From assembly GCF_018977255.1 (NCBI RefSeq), contig NW_024704742.1, positions 80,602,001 to 80,666,000 on the forward strand: a stretch of 64,000 nt of DNA. Reading direction: 5' to 3'. Positions 39,384-52,899 of the stretch are shown one piece after another. Numbering within the stretch: position 1 is the stretch's first letter; each line of letters opens with the position of its first letter. Position numbers and translations under genes: made by a program. Source of the stretch: Callorhinchus milii (Eukaryota). The notes beneath the pieces were generated by a model. It did not search any database, had not been told where the DNA came from, and saw nothing but the letters and a program-made list of their open reading frames with translations.

Positions 39384-40934
39384 AAATTTGAACATAGGGT
39401 GCAAAAATTTAAATCTGGACAATCTGTGGACTTCAACCCCTATCAATAAGCCATATGTGGAAATAATTGTAACCTTGCTATGGATGGTTGATGAGGCCAC
39501 TAATCCAACTAACAGGCATCAGTCTTGTTTTAATCTTTCCATGAATAGGACAATGCTGTGCACAGATTGGCTGCTGGGTTTCTCCAAAACACACACAGTC
39601 ACTCCACTTTACAATATATCCTGTGAAGTGCTTTGGGACCATCTCCTGATATGAAAGGCTCTATACCAAATGTAAGGTCCATTGTTATTATTTATTATTT
39701 TGTTCATCGATATTCAAAGAAGAAAAGGTGAATCACCGAAACATAACATGGTCTCGCCTTGATACCTTCCATGCTTTTTCCTCAATGTCATCGGTTTATA
39801 CATCTCTTGCAGTTTGCTCAGTGACATGATGCACTCTGAGTTGACTTATCACTGCATCCATGATGAAATCAGCTGTAACAGCAAGTAAGAAGAATGTAAC
39901 GATGTGTATGAAGTCTGGTCCATTTAATTCTGCCAAGAGTGCTGAGGCAATCAATATACATTCCCTGGGACAGGGACACCAATCTTGTGCAGAGCTCGAT
40001 GACATTGCAGCTGAAAACAAACTCCCAATAGAGTCCTTGAGGCTCAACACTAGCTTTCTCATGCTGTTATGGAGAGCTATCCTAAACAAATACTGATGCA
40101 ATTAAAATGATAGGATACACATCCTCAAAGCGAGGGGGACAGGAATATGATTTTTGTGGGTTTTTGTTGGGTGGAGGAGTAGTCATGATCTCTCAGTATT
40201 ATCGTATTCCACAATAGATTAAATTTATACAGATAACGTGAAATATTCCGAAACGAATTAGAAGTTAGCAAAGGATCCAGCACAATTTTAAGTTTTCGCA
40301 GTGAGCCCAATCCATATTTTCAAAGCAGTTCATCAAACCCCAATATGAGGGAAGTTTATCAAGTTTGTTAGATAGTGACTTGTAACATCTGAACTTTATA
40401 CCTAGAGGAATAAAATATTGGGTAGAAGCAGTACTGTACATTCCATTGATTCAGTTCCAGTTTGGATTTTGTCCAATGTCTTAAGCTTATACAAAAGAAC
40501 TTTGCCAATTGGTTAATTGGCAAAGTGCTTTTCTAGGGGTAATAATCCCTTCAAAAAATTGTTTTTAAGAAAAAAANTAATTTTGTAACTCAATCCACGA
40601 ATGTTTGTAGTACATTGCTGTGCCCAATTGGCTACTGCATTTCCTATAAAATATACAGTCAATTCACTTTACAATATATTCTGTGAAGTGCTTTGATATA
40701 TCTTGAAGATGTGATAAGGCGCTACATCAAATGCAAAGATTATTATTGTTATTCAAATGATAAGCGAGTTCACTTTGTGATACTCAGCTCCTATGCACCT
40801 GATCTCTGGAACTTCTTCCCTCTATGCCTCTGTCTCCCCTCTGCTTTATCTTTAATTCAGTCATCTTTCCCCTCCCCTGGTTCCCATTGTTAGAATATAC
40901 ACTTTTTGTATACTGCTAGAATCATAATAGATGC

Positions 40935-41830
40935 TGTGAATGGGTTAACTTTTAAGTTAAGTGTGGGGGACAACTGGACTGACAGTCATGGGATAGGACT
41001 CATCTGTTTTTCTCTGTTTTTGAAAGAATAACAGGACAGCTTTGGAAAAGGGCAGGGGGTCACCTCTTATCAGTAAATGACCACACGCCCACAGAGGTAA
41101 CGGTCCAAGATACCGGTCGACACAGGATCTCGACTGAGCAATAAGTCACTAGATTCTGACAGGGCCAACCGAAAGAAGGCAACCCTCAAGAATAGCAACT
41201 AATGAGCAAGTTGTTTAAACTAGAGGGCCTTGGTACCATCCCGGGATACTGATAAGAAATAACCAGTCACTTAAAAGGAATGATCCCACACCACAAAATA
41301 ATGAGCACCAGATACAGTCCTAAACTGATCAATCCTCTATCTCAGACAATTAGATCAGATAACAGGGGTCTTAAGGACAATGTTTATGTGTGTGAGGCAC
41401 ATACACCCCATGAGGTGTTCACGTGAACCCGGCATGATTTCGACAGGTGATCTAATGTCCGCACCATGATTGGATGGACATTGGTATAAGAGTTCCGATA
41501 ACTTTGTGTACGGTGCCGTCCCGGGCTGTGGAGACAAGGGTACGGGAGATGGAAGACTGAGAGCTGGAAACACTAAGACTGAGGATATCAGATGGAAGAT
41601 TGAAAGCTGTAAGCAAGAAGACTGAAAGCATGAAGAATCAAGCTTGTGTGCTGGAAAGACACAGTGTTGAACTCTTGAACTCGAGATATCTATAGTGGTG
41701 TTATTCTGTTATAAGATCTGTTGATTGTACCGGCCTTTGGTCTGACCCATCGGGATATTGGGGAATAACGAACGAATAATAATAAAACAGTCTGATATCT
41801 GGTTAGAGGAATTAGCGTTATTTCCTTACA
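40935..41830 (+). mobile_element. Probable solo LTR (~0.9 kb)
   Basis: TGTGAA...TTACA termini, TATAAG at ~41485, AATAAA at 41781, internal GAAGACTGA repeats, CpG-richer than flanks, no ORF. Confidence 0.65.
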
Positions 41831-44800
41831 GATTTAGCTGATTTTATTTTCTAACACCATCGACACTCAGGTGCCCAAGTAGCATTGTCAAATGCTTTGA
41901 GATGGCCTCCCAACAAGACAGGCAATGTAAATGTAAAGACTGTTTCTTATCTATTAATTATTTCTCTTTTTATTACGGGGGCACATTTCCGAAATGAAAT
42001 AAATGCTAAATGATGATAGATTTAAACCAAGATAATAGGAATTTATTTTCTGCATATGACAAAATGTGAAGTGAAATACCCAGGCATCCCTCAAAAATCT
42101 TTATGAGTTCAACCCTTTGTTTAAAATGACAGATTCTATAATGAAAGTCAAATAGGTAATATTATAGAACTGAGAATATTTATGAATCCAATAAATGGCC
42201 TTTACGTGGTGGCTAAGATGGTTTAGTATATTGCTGTGCTACTCAGTAATATGATACAGTTTAGCCATTGATTCCTTCAATGGTGAGTTTCCAATCAGTA
42301 TGTTAGGATGCCCAATACATTAAAAAATGCAGTGCTTGAATTGGTGTTATGCAACAAGCCAGGGTAAGTAAGTGACTTGACGGTAGGAGGTCATGAAAAA
42401 ATTAGTGACAATAATATGATCAGCTGAAATGGAGAGAGTAAAGGAGGTGTCAAGCATTAAGGTACAAATCAACAATGGGAAATATTTACAGGTTATTTTA
42501 GAAGGATAAACTCAAATCAGCCAAATGTTTCTCTTTATCTGAATCAATGTTGGGATCTTCAGATTTTTTTTAATGAAAACATTCTGAGTAGCAAGATGCT
42601 TTAAGAACAAAAGATTCTCAGTTGTGCACATCCCAGAAGTAATCACAAATGCTGGTATTTCTGCTTAATTACTTTTTGAGATGATAATAAATATGTCAGA
42701 TGTAGACAAATATGTGAAGGATTAGGCAATGTGCAATGACTGAACTGATGAGGAAACCTTATTGTTTCCTCTCCTTCTTGAGTCATTTCATTAAGTGATC
42801 TCTGGAGTCTGAATTCAGCAAATTTAAACCGTTTAATTAGCTGTACTGAATTGTGTGCTAAGCAAATACACCATACTCTGAGTTATTTATAACACAATAT
42901 AAGAAGAGAAGCTTTCTGGAATTACGAGAGAAGCCTGAAGTTTATCAGACTGAGTGAGAATGTTTTCATACTTGAAATCCAGTAGATCGTATAACAATAA
43001 CAACAACAAAATTACATTTGTATAGCGCCTTTCACGTCGGGAGTATAATTTATATAATTTACTTATATAGCACAAATATTCAGTTTAATGATGCACTGAA
43101 ATAAGACAAACAATCCCAATCACGCTAGACTGGCAAATTCCATTAGATCTATTTTTTAAAAAATGAAATATTATAAGATGGCTATTTTGTCCTTGGCTAA
43201 GATGATTAGAGCTTTACTATGAGCTGTGTTAACTCCCTATTGCTGGTTACTGCTACCATCGAGCCATTCTGTCTTTGCTCCCAATAATTAAGGCTTACTA
43301 TCCTGCACCAGAAATAGACTACAGGTATCAAATAATAACATTAATAATCTTTCCATTTCATATGGCTTCTTTCATGTTAATTATAATATTAATTTCTCAT
43401 CGAATCCTATTTTTTACATACATTTAGTGCGACCAGTTCTTCCAATTTTCTGCCCACTGGTGTATGCCTCACTGCTCCTAGCCTGTCTTCCTCTTACTGG
43501 GTGCAGTTTCGCAAGAACCAGTTGCCATCCAAATCTCTACCCATGTGATCATTGTTCATGTGTGAACCTTGGCAATAAACATCGGTAGGTCACCTTACTG
43601 TAGAAAATATCGCAGCCGAGTCTGACCTCTACCCACCCAGCTGCCACATTGTAAGCAAAACTAGTAAAGGGTGCTGAAGAGGGACTAGGAGCAAAAACCC
43701 TGTCTGATATTCTTCTCCCTAACCTTCAGAAGGTCGAGGCAAATTTAGCCTCCCAATGCAACCCTGACTGAAACCAGCAGACCAGGATTAAAACCAGTGA
43801 GCTCTTGGTCCATAAACTGTAACTCTAGCTATTTCACCATTGGGTCTATCCTCCATGTAAAATCTTCTATCATTTCTCACAAGGCTTATAAGAAGGCCTC
43901 TCTGTCACCTGATAAGACACCCTTCATGCACACCTGTCTGTCTCTTGCAAACTTTTTGGTGACATTTCTGGGATTTATAATTGTTAAATGTAATAATTAT
44001 CCCAATATGGTGAATATTACAAGGACAGAATTTATTGTATTTGCAATCTAATATTTGGGACACATCACCGTGCTCCTCCTTCTCCTCCAGGAGAATGGTA
44101 TCTCCTGCCATTATTTTCTCAGTACCATTATAACATTCTTTTTCGTTGTGAAGGAATTTGTAATTTAAATTGTAGCCAATGGATTTTTTTTTTACTTAAC
44201 CAAATCATCTGCATAATGTTATCTCTGAGAGTGTGTGGATGATTCACATCCTTGGCATAGAAAACAATTATTAATCAAAACAAAACAAAGCCAAATGATT
44301 GAAAATTCCATCCAGGTGATAGTAACCTCATTTTTTTTACTTTCAAGTAATGAACATATCTTAACATGACTATTCGGGCGAAACCTTGGGCAAGTTTCCT
44401 CCGATCAAGTTAGGCCTAAAGATCAGGCATGTTTGATAGGCATTGTGCCAGGAATGACCATTTTAAACACACATAAATCCATCACATCCTAATACCTCCC
44501 TACCCCTCCAACCCACGTAACTCAACTGCTCTGCTCAGCTAACACAGACCCCCTGAGTAGCTCTGGCCCCTCCGTGCCACCATCAGTGATTGTGCTTTCA
44601 ACCACTATGCCCCTAAACTCTGGAACCTCTTGCTTCAATCCCTCTACCTCACAAACATTTAGAGATACAGAAATGCCCACGCTCCAACAAACAGGCAGTT
44701 AGAGAGACAGAGACACACACACACACACAGTTATCCACCCTATTTATAGGGCTGGCTCCAAATAGTGTATATATCAGGCTGTCTACTGTAAAGCATTTCA

Positions 44801-45722
44801 GACACTCAGCACTGAATCCTATCGATTAAAATTAATAAATCGATTAAAATGCAGTATTTAGCACCATTTAAAATGCATTACGACTATGGCTATTGCCTGC
44901 AATTGGTTCCCAATAATCAGCAGTGTTTCTGTCGCAATGTCCAATATAAGTGTACTGCAACTACCCTCAAATTACTCTTACATCATTACATCTTCCTGCA
45001 CACAGTGTCTGCAATTAGAATCTGATTTCATGATTGAAACAAATTAGTTTGTAATGGAGGATTGCTGCACCTGGAAATGTCCCATCAATGTTCGAAGGAG
45101 AGAGTTGGAAATTATGGATGTAGAGATTAAAAAGACCAGAAAAAATGACTTTGTCATTTAGATGTACATTTATAGGATATAGAATATCATTTAGATGTAC
45201 ATTTTTCAAGATCCAATATCCACAGAAGGATTGTTAAAAATTTCTGCAGGAACAAGTTTGCAAAGATTGAGCATATCACAAAGGAGTGGAGTCGCTTCGA
45301 TGCCGCTAATAGATTTTGTTACCTACTCTTTATTATTGAAAGTGAATGGTCCCCAGCTCTAACATAATCCTCATTGTACAGTGAGTTTGAGATGTTTCTC
45401 ACACTCCGGGAGGTTGCAGTTGAGTTATACTATAGATGGAAATAGCCATAGGCCTGCCACGAATATAAATGCACATTTGCTGACACATTCTGTTTCCCTG
45501 GGTAGTTCTTTCCACTTATTTACCACTCTCTGCATAACCAATTGCACTTAACTGTCAGCTCACATGTAATCGTTCACTCCTTCCTTGGAACTTGTTTAAT
45601 TCTTTCAATCATTCTGTGTGCCAAGCCTGAAAGATCACAGAACAAAAGATGAGCTCATACAGACTCACGCTGAATCTGACAGTGAGCTCGATCCCAGTTC
45701 AGTACTGTGTTATTTGATATGT

Positions 45723-45800
45723 GTCAGCCTGGCTCAGTGGTAGCACTCTCGCCTCTGATTCAGAAGGTTGTGGGTTCAAGCCCCCCGTCGGGTCATGGAA
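45723..45800 (+). mobile_element. Isolated tRNA-derived head of the old SINE
   Basis: GTCAGCCTGGCTCAGTGGTAGCACTCTCGCCTCTGATTCAGAAGGTTGTGGGTTCAAGCCCC. Confidence 0.8.
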
Positions 45801-48309
45801 TCACATTTCTTTCCCTAATCTGTTTCAAGTAAAGTAATAAAGCTAATTCCCAATTTTAAAACAATTAACTTTTAGAAACGTAGTTTCATACAATGACACA
45901 ATACAGAAACAGGCCAGTTGTCCCTACTGGTCCATGCCAGTGTTTATACCCTACAGGAGCCCTCACCCCTCCCTCTTGTTCATCTATGGAGTTATATAGA
46001 ATTAATATTTAATCTCAAAAAGACTGAAACCTGAAGGCAAGATCATGATTGTGTTTTCCTTTCAGGACTTTTCTTGGCCTTTGCATTTTTGGGGATGGTA
46101 TTTTCTCCTGATATTTTCCCTTTTATATCAAATTTCACAATGAATCCTATCATTTAAGAAAGTTGGTGATAGTGGGTCCCAGGATCTGGCTATCCTGGCA
46201 GCATAAGGAAATGTGTCTTATATATGTACTCAGTTCTCTGTGCCGGAGTAAAAGATACTATACAATGAAGTCAATGTTGCTATTCGTGGGTAAGAAAAGG
46301 AATTGGAGGTTATCAAATTATTATTAAATCCAGTGGTTATCCACTGATTCTTGCTGTGAGAAATGTGTACCAGAGACACTGATTTGTGACAGATTATTTC
46401 TGCTACATCTACTTCACTAATGGAAGTTTGCAAAATGCATCATCTCTGATTGCTGATGATATATGGGACATGCACAGATGCTTGATGAGATGAAGTTACT
46501 TCCTCCTACCCCACAGCCTTGGCACAGTGCTAGTCTGAGGGAATCAATGCTCTCATTTTGGGGCTTTATTTCTCTGAACGTGCCAGAGTCATTATCATTA
46601 AACCATGTGCATTCTCACTTGAAAGGTACAGTGAGTAGTAATTATTGGTCCCTGCCTTAGACCCTGGTACAGTAGCGTTTTGGATCCATTCGGGGCAACC
46701 CTCCCGTCTCACCCAATTGGCTGCCGTGTTTCGCCCACAATTCACTTTACAGTATATTCTGTGAAGCGTTTTAAGACGTCTTGATATGATAAGACGCTAT
46801 ATCAAATGCAAGGGTCACTATTATTTATTTGTAAAATACTGAAGGTCTTAATATTTCAACACTTAATATGTAAATGCCTGTGGCATTAATATGTTGTGCC
46901 TTTTTTTATCCTCTATTCACTGGAATTGCAACCTAGGAAATGGAGCCATAGTATCTACAGTTATACTTGGGCTGAAATTTTGGTTGAGTTTACACATAGA
47001 GGAAAAGATAATATCAGTTGCTAATGGGATATCCCTTTCACAATTGCACATAACCAAATGCTCTAATTATATGACCAACACAAACTTCTGCGCAATAATT
47101 TGCATCATCTACATTAGAAGGCACTCTGTCACATACTGTCAGGATTCGGTGCAGTGGAATAAATATTACAGAGATTGAGTGATAAATGAACTAGGGAAAT
47201 GAATGAAGGGAGAATTAGACAGGTCCTCTGTGCAGGGAGGAGGCTCTGTTGAATAGATATTCAACCTAAAGTGTATATAAGAGATCAGTGACAATGCAGT
47301 TAAAAGGAACGTCAACATCTTTCTCTAAAGTTAAATTAATTTATGCTGAATAGTGTAGATAGTGTTAATAGAAATCAACGTCTAGGGCATGTGAAATCAT
47401 ATGACCCAGTTGGTAGGGACATGTTGATGTAGACGTTATTAATGGAGAATTCCATATACAGGCCATTGATCACTGTGCTTATATGAAAAGTATTACTGTA
47501 CTATCAGTGACTGGGATTGGTGTACCTTTCACAGTTGAACATGCAGCCTTTTCTCAGCAGCCTCTCAGCTGATAATGAAATCTCACACACACCAGAATAA
47601 AGAGTCGTCGCAGCGTCACCACTTAGCAGTCACTAAGCTTTCTACTTTGAAGGCAATAAATTATTGAGATTACAACTACTGAGCTTGTTCTGCCAAGCCT
47701 TTTATTTCAACAGTGTATTAAAGATCCTTTCCGAAATCCCCCTAAATAACTTATTGAATGTCATCATTTGTTGTGGAAACTCACATCAGCTAAATGAAAT
47801 GTAGAGAAAACATTTAACAAGTTATGTAACTTCAATTACTTTAGTTAGGAAAAATAGTGCACATTTATTTTCCAATGAAACTCTCTTCCAACCTCTGACG
47901 GATTCAAGGCACGTGCTTCTTGTACATCTCGTGCCACAACCAGCTCATTTTATTTTGGCAACCAAGCATCTGACTCATGCAAAACCCCATCACCATGCTT
48001 AAGAGTATACAAACCAGACTCAAAGTTCCACATATGTGTGCTACTTACATGCAGATATTTCCCTGTGTTTGGAATGGTATGTACACACTTTGAGCTCAAA
48101 AAATGGGATAGAATTTTTTTTGCGTAGCTACAAATAAAGAAGTAGCGATTGTTAATTTAATGCATCTAGTGGAGGAGAAAGTAACTCAAACTTGGAATTG
48201 TTTAGAAAATGTAATTGTATTTTCCATTTTTTTTTCAATTTTGATTTAAAAATACGATTTTGAAAAATAAATTCCATTATTTTTCCATTTGGATCACTTC
48301 CTGGCTGGT

Positions 48310-48515
48310 CATAATCCCTCACCCCCCCAAAAAAAAATGTGGTCACTCTATTTGTGACACTCTATTTGTGGGATATTACTGTACGCAATTGTCTGCTGCA
48401 TTTCGTCCACAAAATACACAGTCAATCCACTTTACAGTAAATTCTGTGAAGCGCTTTGAGACTTCTCAACGACATGATAAGGCGTTACATCAAATGCTAG
48501 GATTATTATCATTAT
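48310..48515 (+). mobile_element. SINE 3' fragment
   Basis: Body and tail of the tRNA-Ala SINE family. Confidence 0.78.
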
Positions 48516-48552
48516 TAAAAACAAAATTGTGGCCACAATATGGAGTATTGCA

Positions 48553-48916
48553 GAGTCCTGCAGCTCAGTGATTAGAGCACTCGCCTCGCAAGCAAGAGAT
48601 ATGGGTTCGATTCCCAGCAGGGTGAAATGTTGGGCAAGTTTCCTTACTCCACATGCCTCTGTTTACCTAGCAGTAAGTAGGTACCCAGATGTTATTGGCG
48701 GATCGCTTTTCTGCAGGTAATAATTCCTGCAAAAAAAATAATAAATTGGTCACTCAACCTCTGACTGTTTGTAGAACGTTGTTGTGCGCAATTGGCTGCT
48801 GCATTTTGCCCACAAAGTGTACAGTGAAATTCACTTGTTAGTATATTCTGTGGAGCGCTTTGAGATGTCTTGAAGACATGATAAGGAGCTATATGGAATG
48901 CAAGGATTATTATTAC
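48553..48916 (+). mobile_element. Young tRNA-Ala SINE, full-length long subfamily
   Basis: GAGTCCTGCAGCTCAGTG..GGTTCGATTCC head, long internal segment, (TTA)n tail. Confidence 0.9.
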
Positions 48917-49349
48917 TGCCACGCAGTTCACCTTGGAGCCAGTTCAGTTGGTCTTATATACGATCAGCTCATGTTCAGTTTTCCTTGCAGATCCCAATCT
49001 ATAGCTATATAATGGAAAATAAAAACAATAGAGAAGCACTATATTTTGTGTTTTCAGTATTCAAGTGTCCAGTGCCTTGGGATGTCCTCCCAACATGAAA
49101 GGCACTATAGAACTACAGAAAGGTAATTTCTTGTTGTTGTTGTCCATTTTGAGGAATTAAAATATGCGAAAGACTATGTAAATGGGATTACAATCATCAT
49201 TCACCTACAAAATATACAATCACTCCACTTTGTAATGTATCCTGTGAAGCACTTTTAGATGTCTTCCCAATGTGAAGATGTTATATCAAATGTAAGGAGT
49301 TATTTTACTTTAAGTAAAACATCTCAAAAGGGGAGCTACCAGGCATGAT

Positions 49350-49758
49350 GATCTTCTGTGCTGAAATTTCAAAGAAGCAAAAAATGTCTTGCCTTGTTGT
49401 GATAATTACCAATGGTGGCAAATGATTTGACCACAATTTTCAGCCATGTGACAAAACGACTAATGCTAATTATCACATCATATTTTTTCATCCCTTCATT
49501 TCTTTATCTGAGATTGGTTATTGCAGACCCTATCCCAACCTGTTGAGATCCTTTGCTGCAGTATTCTGTTCTTGTATATACATGTGGGTGGTCACTGGTA
49601 TATAGCTGTCGGCAATCTCATAAGTTTGCATTAGCTTACTAGCATTAATGTTGGTGATTTGATCACATTGCTAAACATTTTGGTCACGTCATTTGCCACC
49701 AATGGTAATTATCACATCAAGGCATGATATGTTTTGCCTCATTGAAATTTGAAAACTT
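49350..49758. mobile_element. Non-autonomous long-TIR (foldback/MITE-like) element
   Basis: ~100-bp imperfect inverted arms (49363-49470 vs 49625-49750) flanked by direct repeat CAGGCATGAT. Confidence 0.7.
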
Positions 49759-51204
49759 CAGGCATGATCTAATAGAATAGTGGAACAGGCTCAAGGGGCT
49801 GAATGGCCTACTCCTTTTCCTATGCTCCTATAGTGGATATATAGGCATAGAGGCTGATTTGGACATCAAAGTATGAACAAGATCTGATACATGCAACAGG
49901 TGTATGGAATGTGCTTGTGGCATAAAACTCTCTTCCAAAATGTTCAATGTGGGTTAAGGTCAACTTATTTTTTTAGGTCAACCTTACATTCAGCAAAAGT
50001 TCTGACTGTTACAGGCAAGAGGTTCCTGCTGGGTCTGCATACAGCACCGTGGGTACAGTCAATGGCCCCTCAGACACTGGCTACATGGGAGAACAATTGC
50101 TGCTTCAATTGCTGCTTATGGTTGAAGGAAAACTGAACGAATATTATTCTGCGATTTGTTCAGCACAGCAGCATGCAGCTGGTTGTTCGACAGTGCCCCA
50201 TATCCACAGCAGGTGCCTGGAATGTATTTGTGCTGTAGAATTTTCAAGCCACAGGGCAACTGACACAGTCACTGGCAGCTCTGTGCTGAAATTTTAATCT
50301 TGGGTCATGTCAAATCACATGGCATATGTTCATGACTGCTTCGCCAGTCATTTATCCACACTGCTCTCCTCACTCTGCCCTAACAACATGCTCTAAATAT
50401 AGCTTTTGATGCTTCTGCTGTTATGAAATACAATATTATTGTTGTTGTGCACCCCTACAGAACCTGAAGATGTTTCCATTTCTCACGTCAACCATGCTGA
50501 GTAAGGCTGCTAATGTAACAGCGATCATGGCTGAATTCAAGGCTATGTTGGTGATTTGTAGCAACTAGTAACTAAATTGACTCCATCACAATCTATCTCA
50601 CTTATGGCCCCACAGTGATCAGAGAAAGAGAAGAGAGTGAGGCAAGAATCTTGCATCCTGTCACTATGAGTTGCATTCAAACACAGGTCCCGGAGGAGAA
50701 GCCATAGCTGTGAAAATTGTAATGTGTAAATTGACATCAATAGCATTAATTAATACATCATTTACAAAAGAAACGTATGATAATTAACAAATCAACTGGT
50801 CCCTGATGACCTATAGGCTAATGCATCGTTTCCCAACACCATATCACAATGACTATGCACGATAGGCTTGTGCTTCTGACTCAAAGTTGCTGCCGCATTC
50901 GTTGACAAATACACAGTCACTATAATTCATAAGATTTCTTGTGAAGTGCTTTGAGACATCTCGACAATGTGAAAAGGCGATATATCAAATGTGAAGGTTA
51001 TTTTTATTATTGGACTGTTGGTTAGTCGGTTAATGTGGGATACCGTGGGATTAACAAGATAAAACGTTCAATGTGTTGAATATCATAACTTCATTAAATT
51101 TAATGCATTTGTTAATTTAGCACATCCCAGATCACAACTGTACCCATTGTGCCACCACCACTGGATCACTGCAGCGCCCCTTCCTCCCCTAATGATTTTT
51201 CAAC

Positions 51205-51470
51205 CAGTATAAGAAATGCTGCCATCAAGGGATTCAATAAGGTGAACATCAATATGTTGTTTCTACTTGTTGGTGCATAAGGATAAAACATCAATATAAG
51301 ATAGTTAGTAGCAGATCTACTCACTGTGCATGAAGCAAAAATTTCAATATAGTTAAGAAGAAATTTGATGTATAATAAAGGAGGAGAGGAGGGGTGGTGG
51401 CTAATGTGGAGTATGAACATTGACATGAACTTGTTGGGCTGAATGGCCTGTTTCTGTGGTGTATCATTTT
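51205..51470 (+). mobile_element. CR1 3' end, degraded
   Basis: Tail TTGTTGGGCTGAATGGCCTGTTTCTGTG. Confidence 0.5.
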
Positions 51471-51913
51471 ACAGAATTCTAAGTGACAATTCTATATGGA
51501 GGTACTCTTATCCATCTGTCTGTATAACTCACATCACTAGTCATGAATACGTTCCATTGCACTTAAAAATGTGCATCCGTCTGACTGCGGTGGCTATCCA
51601 ATATTAAATAATACCATTTACTTTTAGGTTCAATAACCATTCTAATTCGCTTGGAACAATGAGTAAAGTCTTAATTTTATGCAAGATAGCTTTGCACTGG
51701 AGGCGAGCAACAGCAATAGCTTCTCGTGTGACCTGGGTCCCAATTTGAGTCTATTTGCATACATGAGTGTTGGTAAGCTAATTCCAAAATCAGGTAGCTT
51801 GCTTTTGGCAAACAGGAATAGTGAAATTGAAGCCGAATTTTGAATGAAGCAACATAGTGAGGAATTGCAGCCACTTTTAGTTAAAAATGACAAGATATAT
51901 TGAATGTAAATAT

Positions 51914-52265
51914 GTTAGGCTGGCTCAGTTGGTAGCACATTCACTTCTGAATCAGAAGATTGTTGCTTCAAGACTCACGTCAGGACTTGGAATCCATACA
52001 GTTTATGCTGACTGTCCAATGCAGTGCTGGGGAAGTGTTTGGAAGAGACAATAAACCAAAGTCCCATCAGTCTGTTCAGGGGACATTAAAGATCTCATGG
52101 CTTTATTCAGAGATTTTTAACATCCAGTGAACAGACAGATGGAACTTTGTTCACAATAAAGCAACAATGCTGTGAGCAAATTGATTGCTGCGTTCATCCA
52201 CAAAATAACACTGTCACTGAACTTTGCAGTTTATACAGTATATGAAGCACCTTGAGATGTCTTGA
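51914..52265 (+). mobile_element. Old SacSINE1-type SINE with an internal inverted duplication
   Basis: Head TGGCTCAGTTGGTAGCAC; core present in both orientations at 52057-52149. Confidence 0.72.
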
Positions 52266-52899
52266 ATTCCCTTTGGAAATAATTGGTAAACATTAATTCA
52301 TCTTGATATCTCAAATCGCTCCAAGACCCTGCCCCACATGAAGGGCGTAGTGCATAAATGCAAGTGTTGGTGTTGTTGTTGATGACGTGACAATGCACTA
52401 CATCAAATGCAAGATTTTGTTTTACTATTTACTATTATAAATGGGGGCCTATAGAATGTGGCCTCAAGATGTCCAGATATCTTGTGAAGACTCGAATTTG
52501 CAATTTTATAACTGAGGACAAATGTTCAGTATTAGTTGACATTCATTTGCTGCTATTGACTGCTCATAGGTGAAGCTTTGATTCAGTAGTCCAATACACA
52601 AGGACGGAAGAATAGCAAGGTACCTAAGGAATGTGGATAGGAATGTGTCCACAGGAACACCTTGCTCCTGCCATTGTGATAAATGTATTTCTTCCACCAA
52701 CTATAAATCTTAAACAGAAGGGACATGTCAACAACATGCGGGATTACATGTAAACATATTGTTTCTGTCTACAGGTGGGTGACACCTTCCCCAGATGCAT
52801 AGCGTTTAAAAGAGCAACAAGAGGATTAGCAACTAAAAGAGATCAATAAAAGCAAGCACAGACTCACAGAGAAAATAAATGTTGCCAAGAATCGCAATG

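Noticed and set aside
40577..40577. Ambiguous base n
   Set aside because: Assembly uncertainty at a poly-A run in a SINE remnant; not biological.
50461..50500. 40-nt candidate exon (also ~46234-46289 and ~8356-8445)
   Set aside because: Splice signals are only moderate, the peptides are unrecognised and no consistent exon chain emerges; the 50461 acceptor follows an L2-like (TTG) tail.
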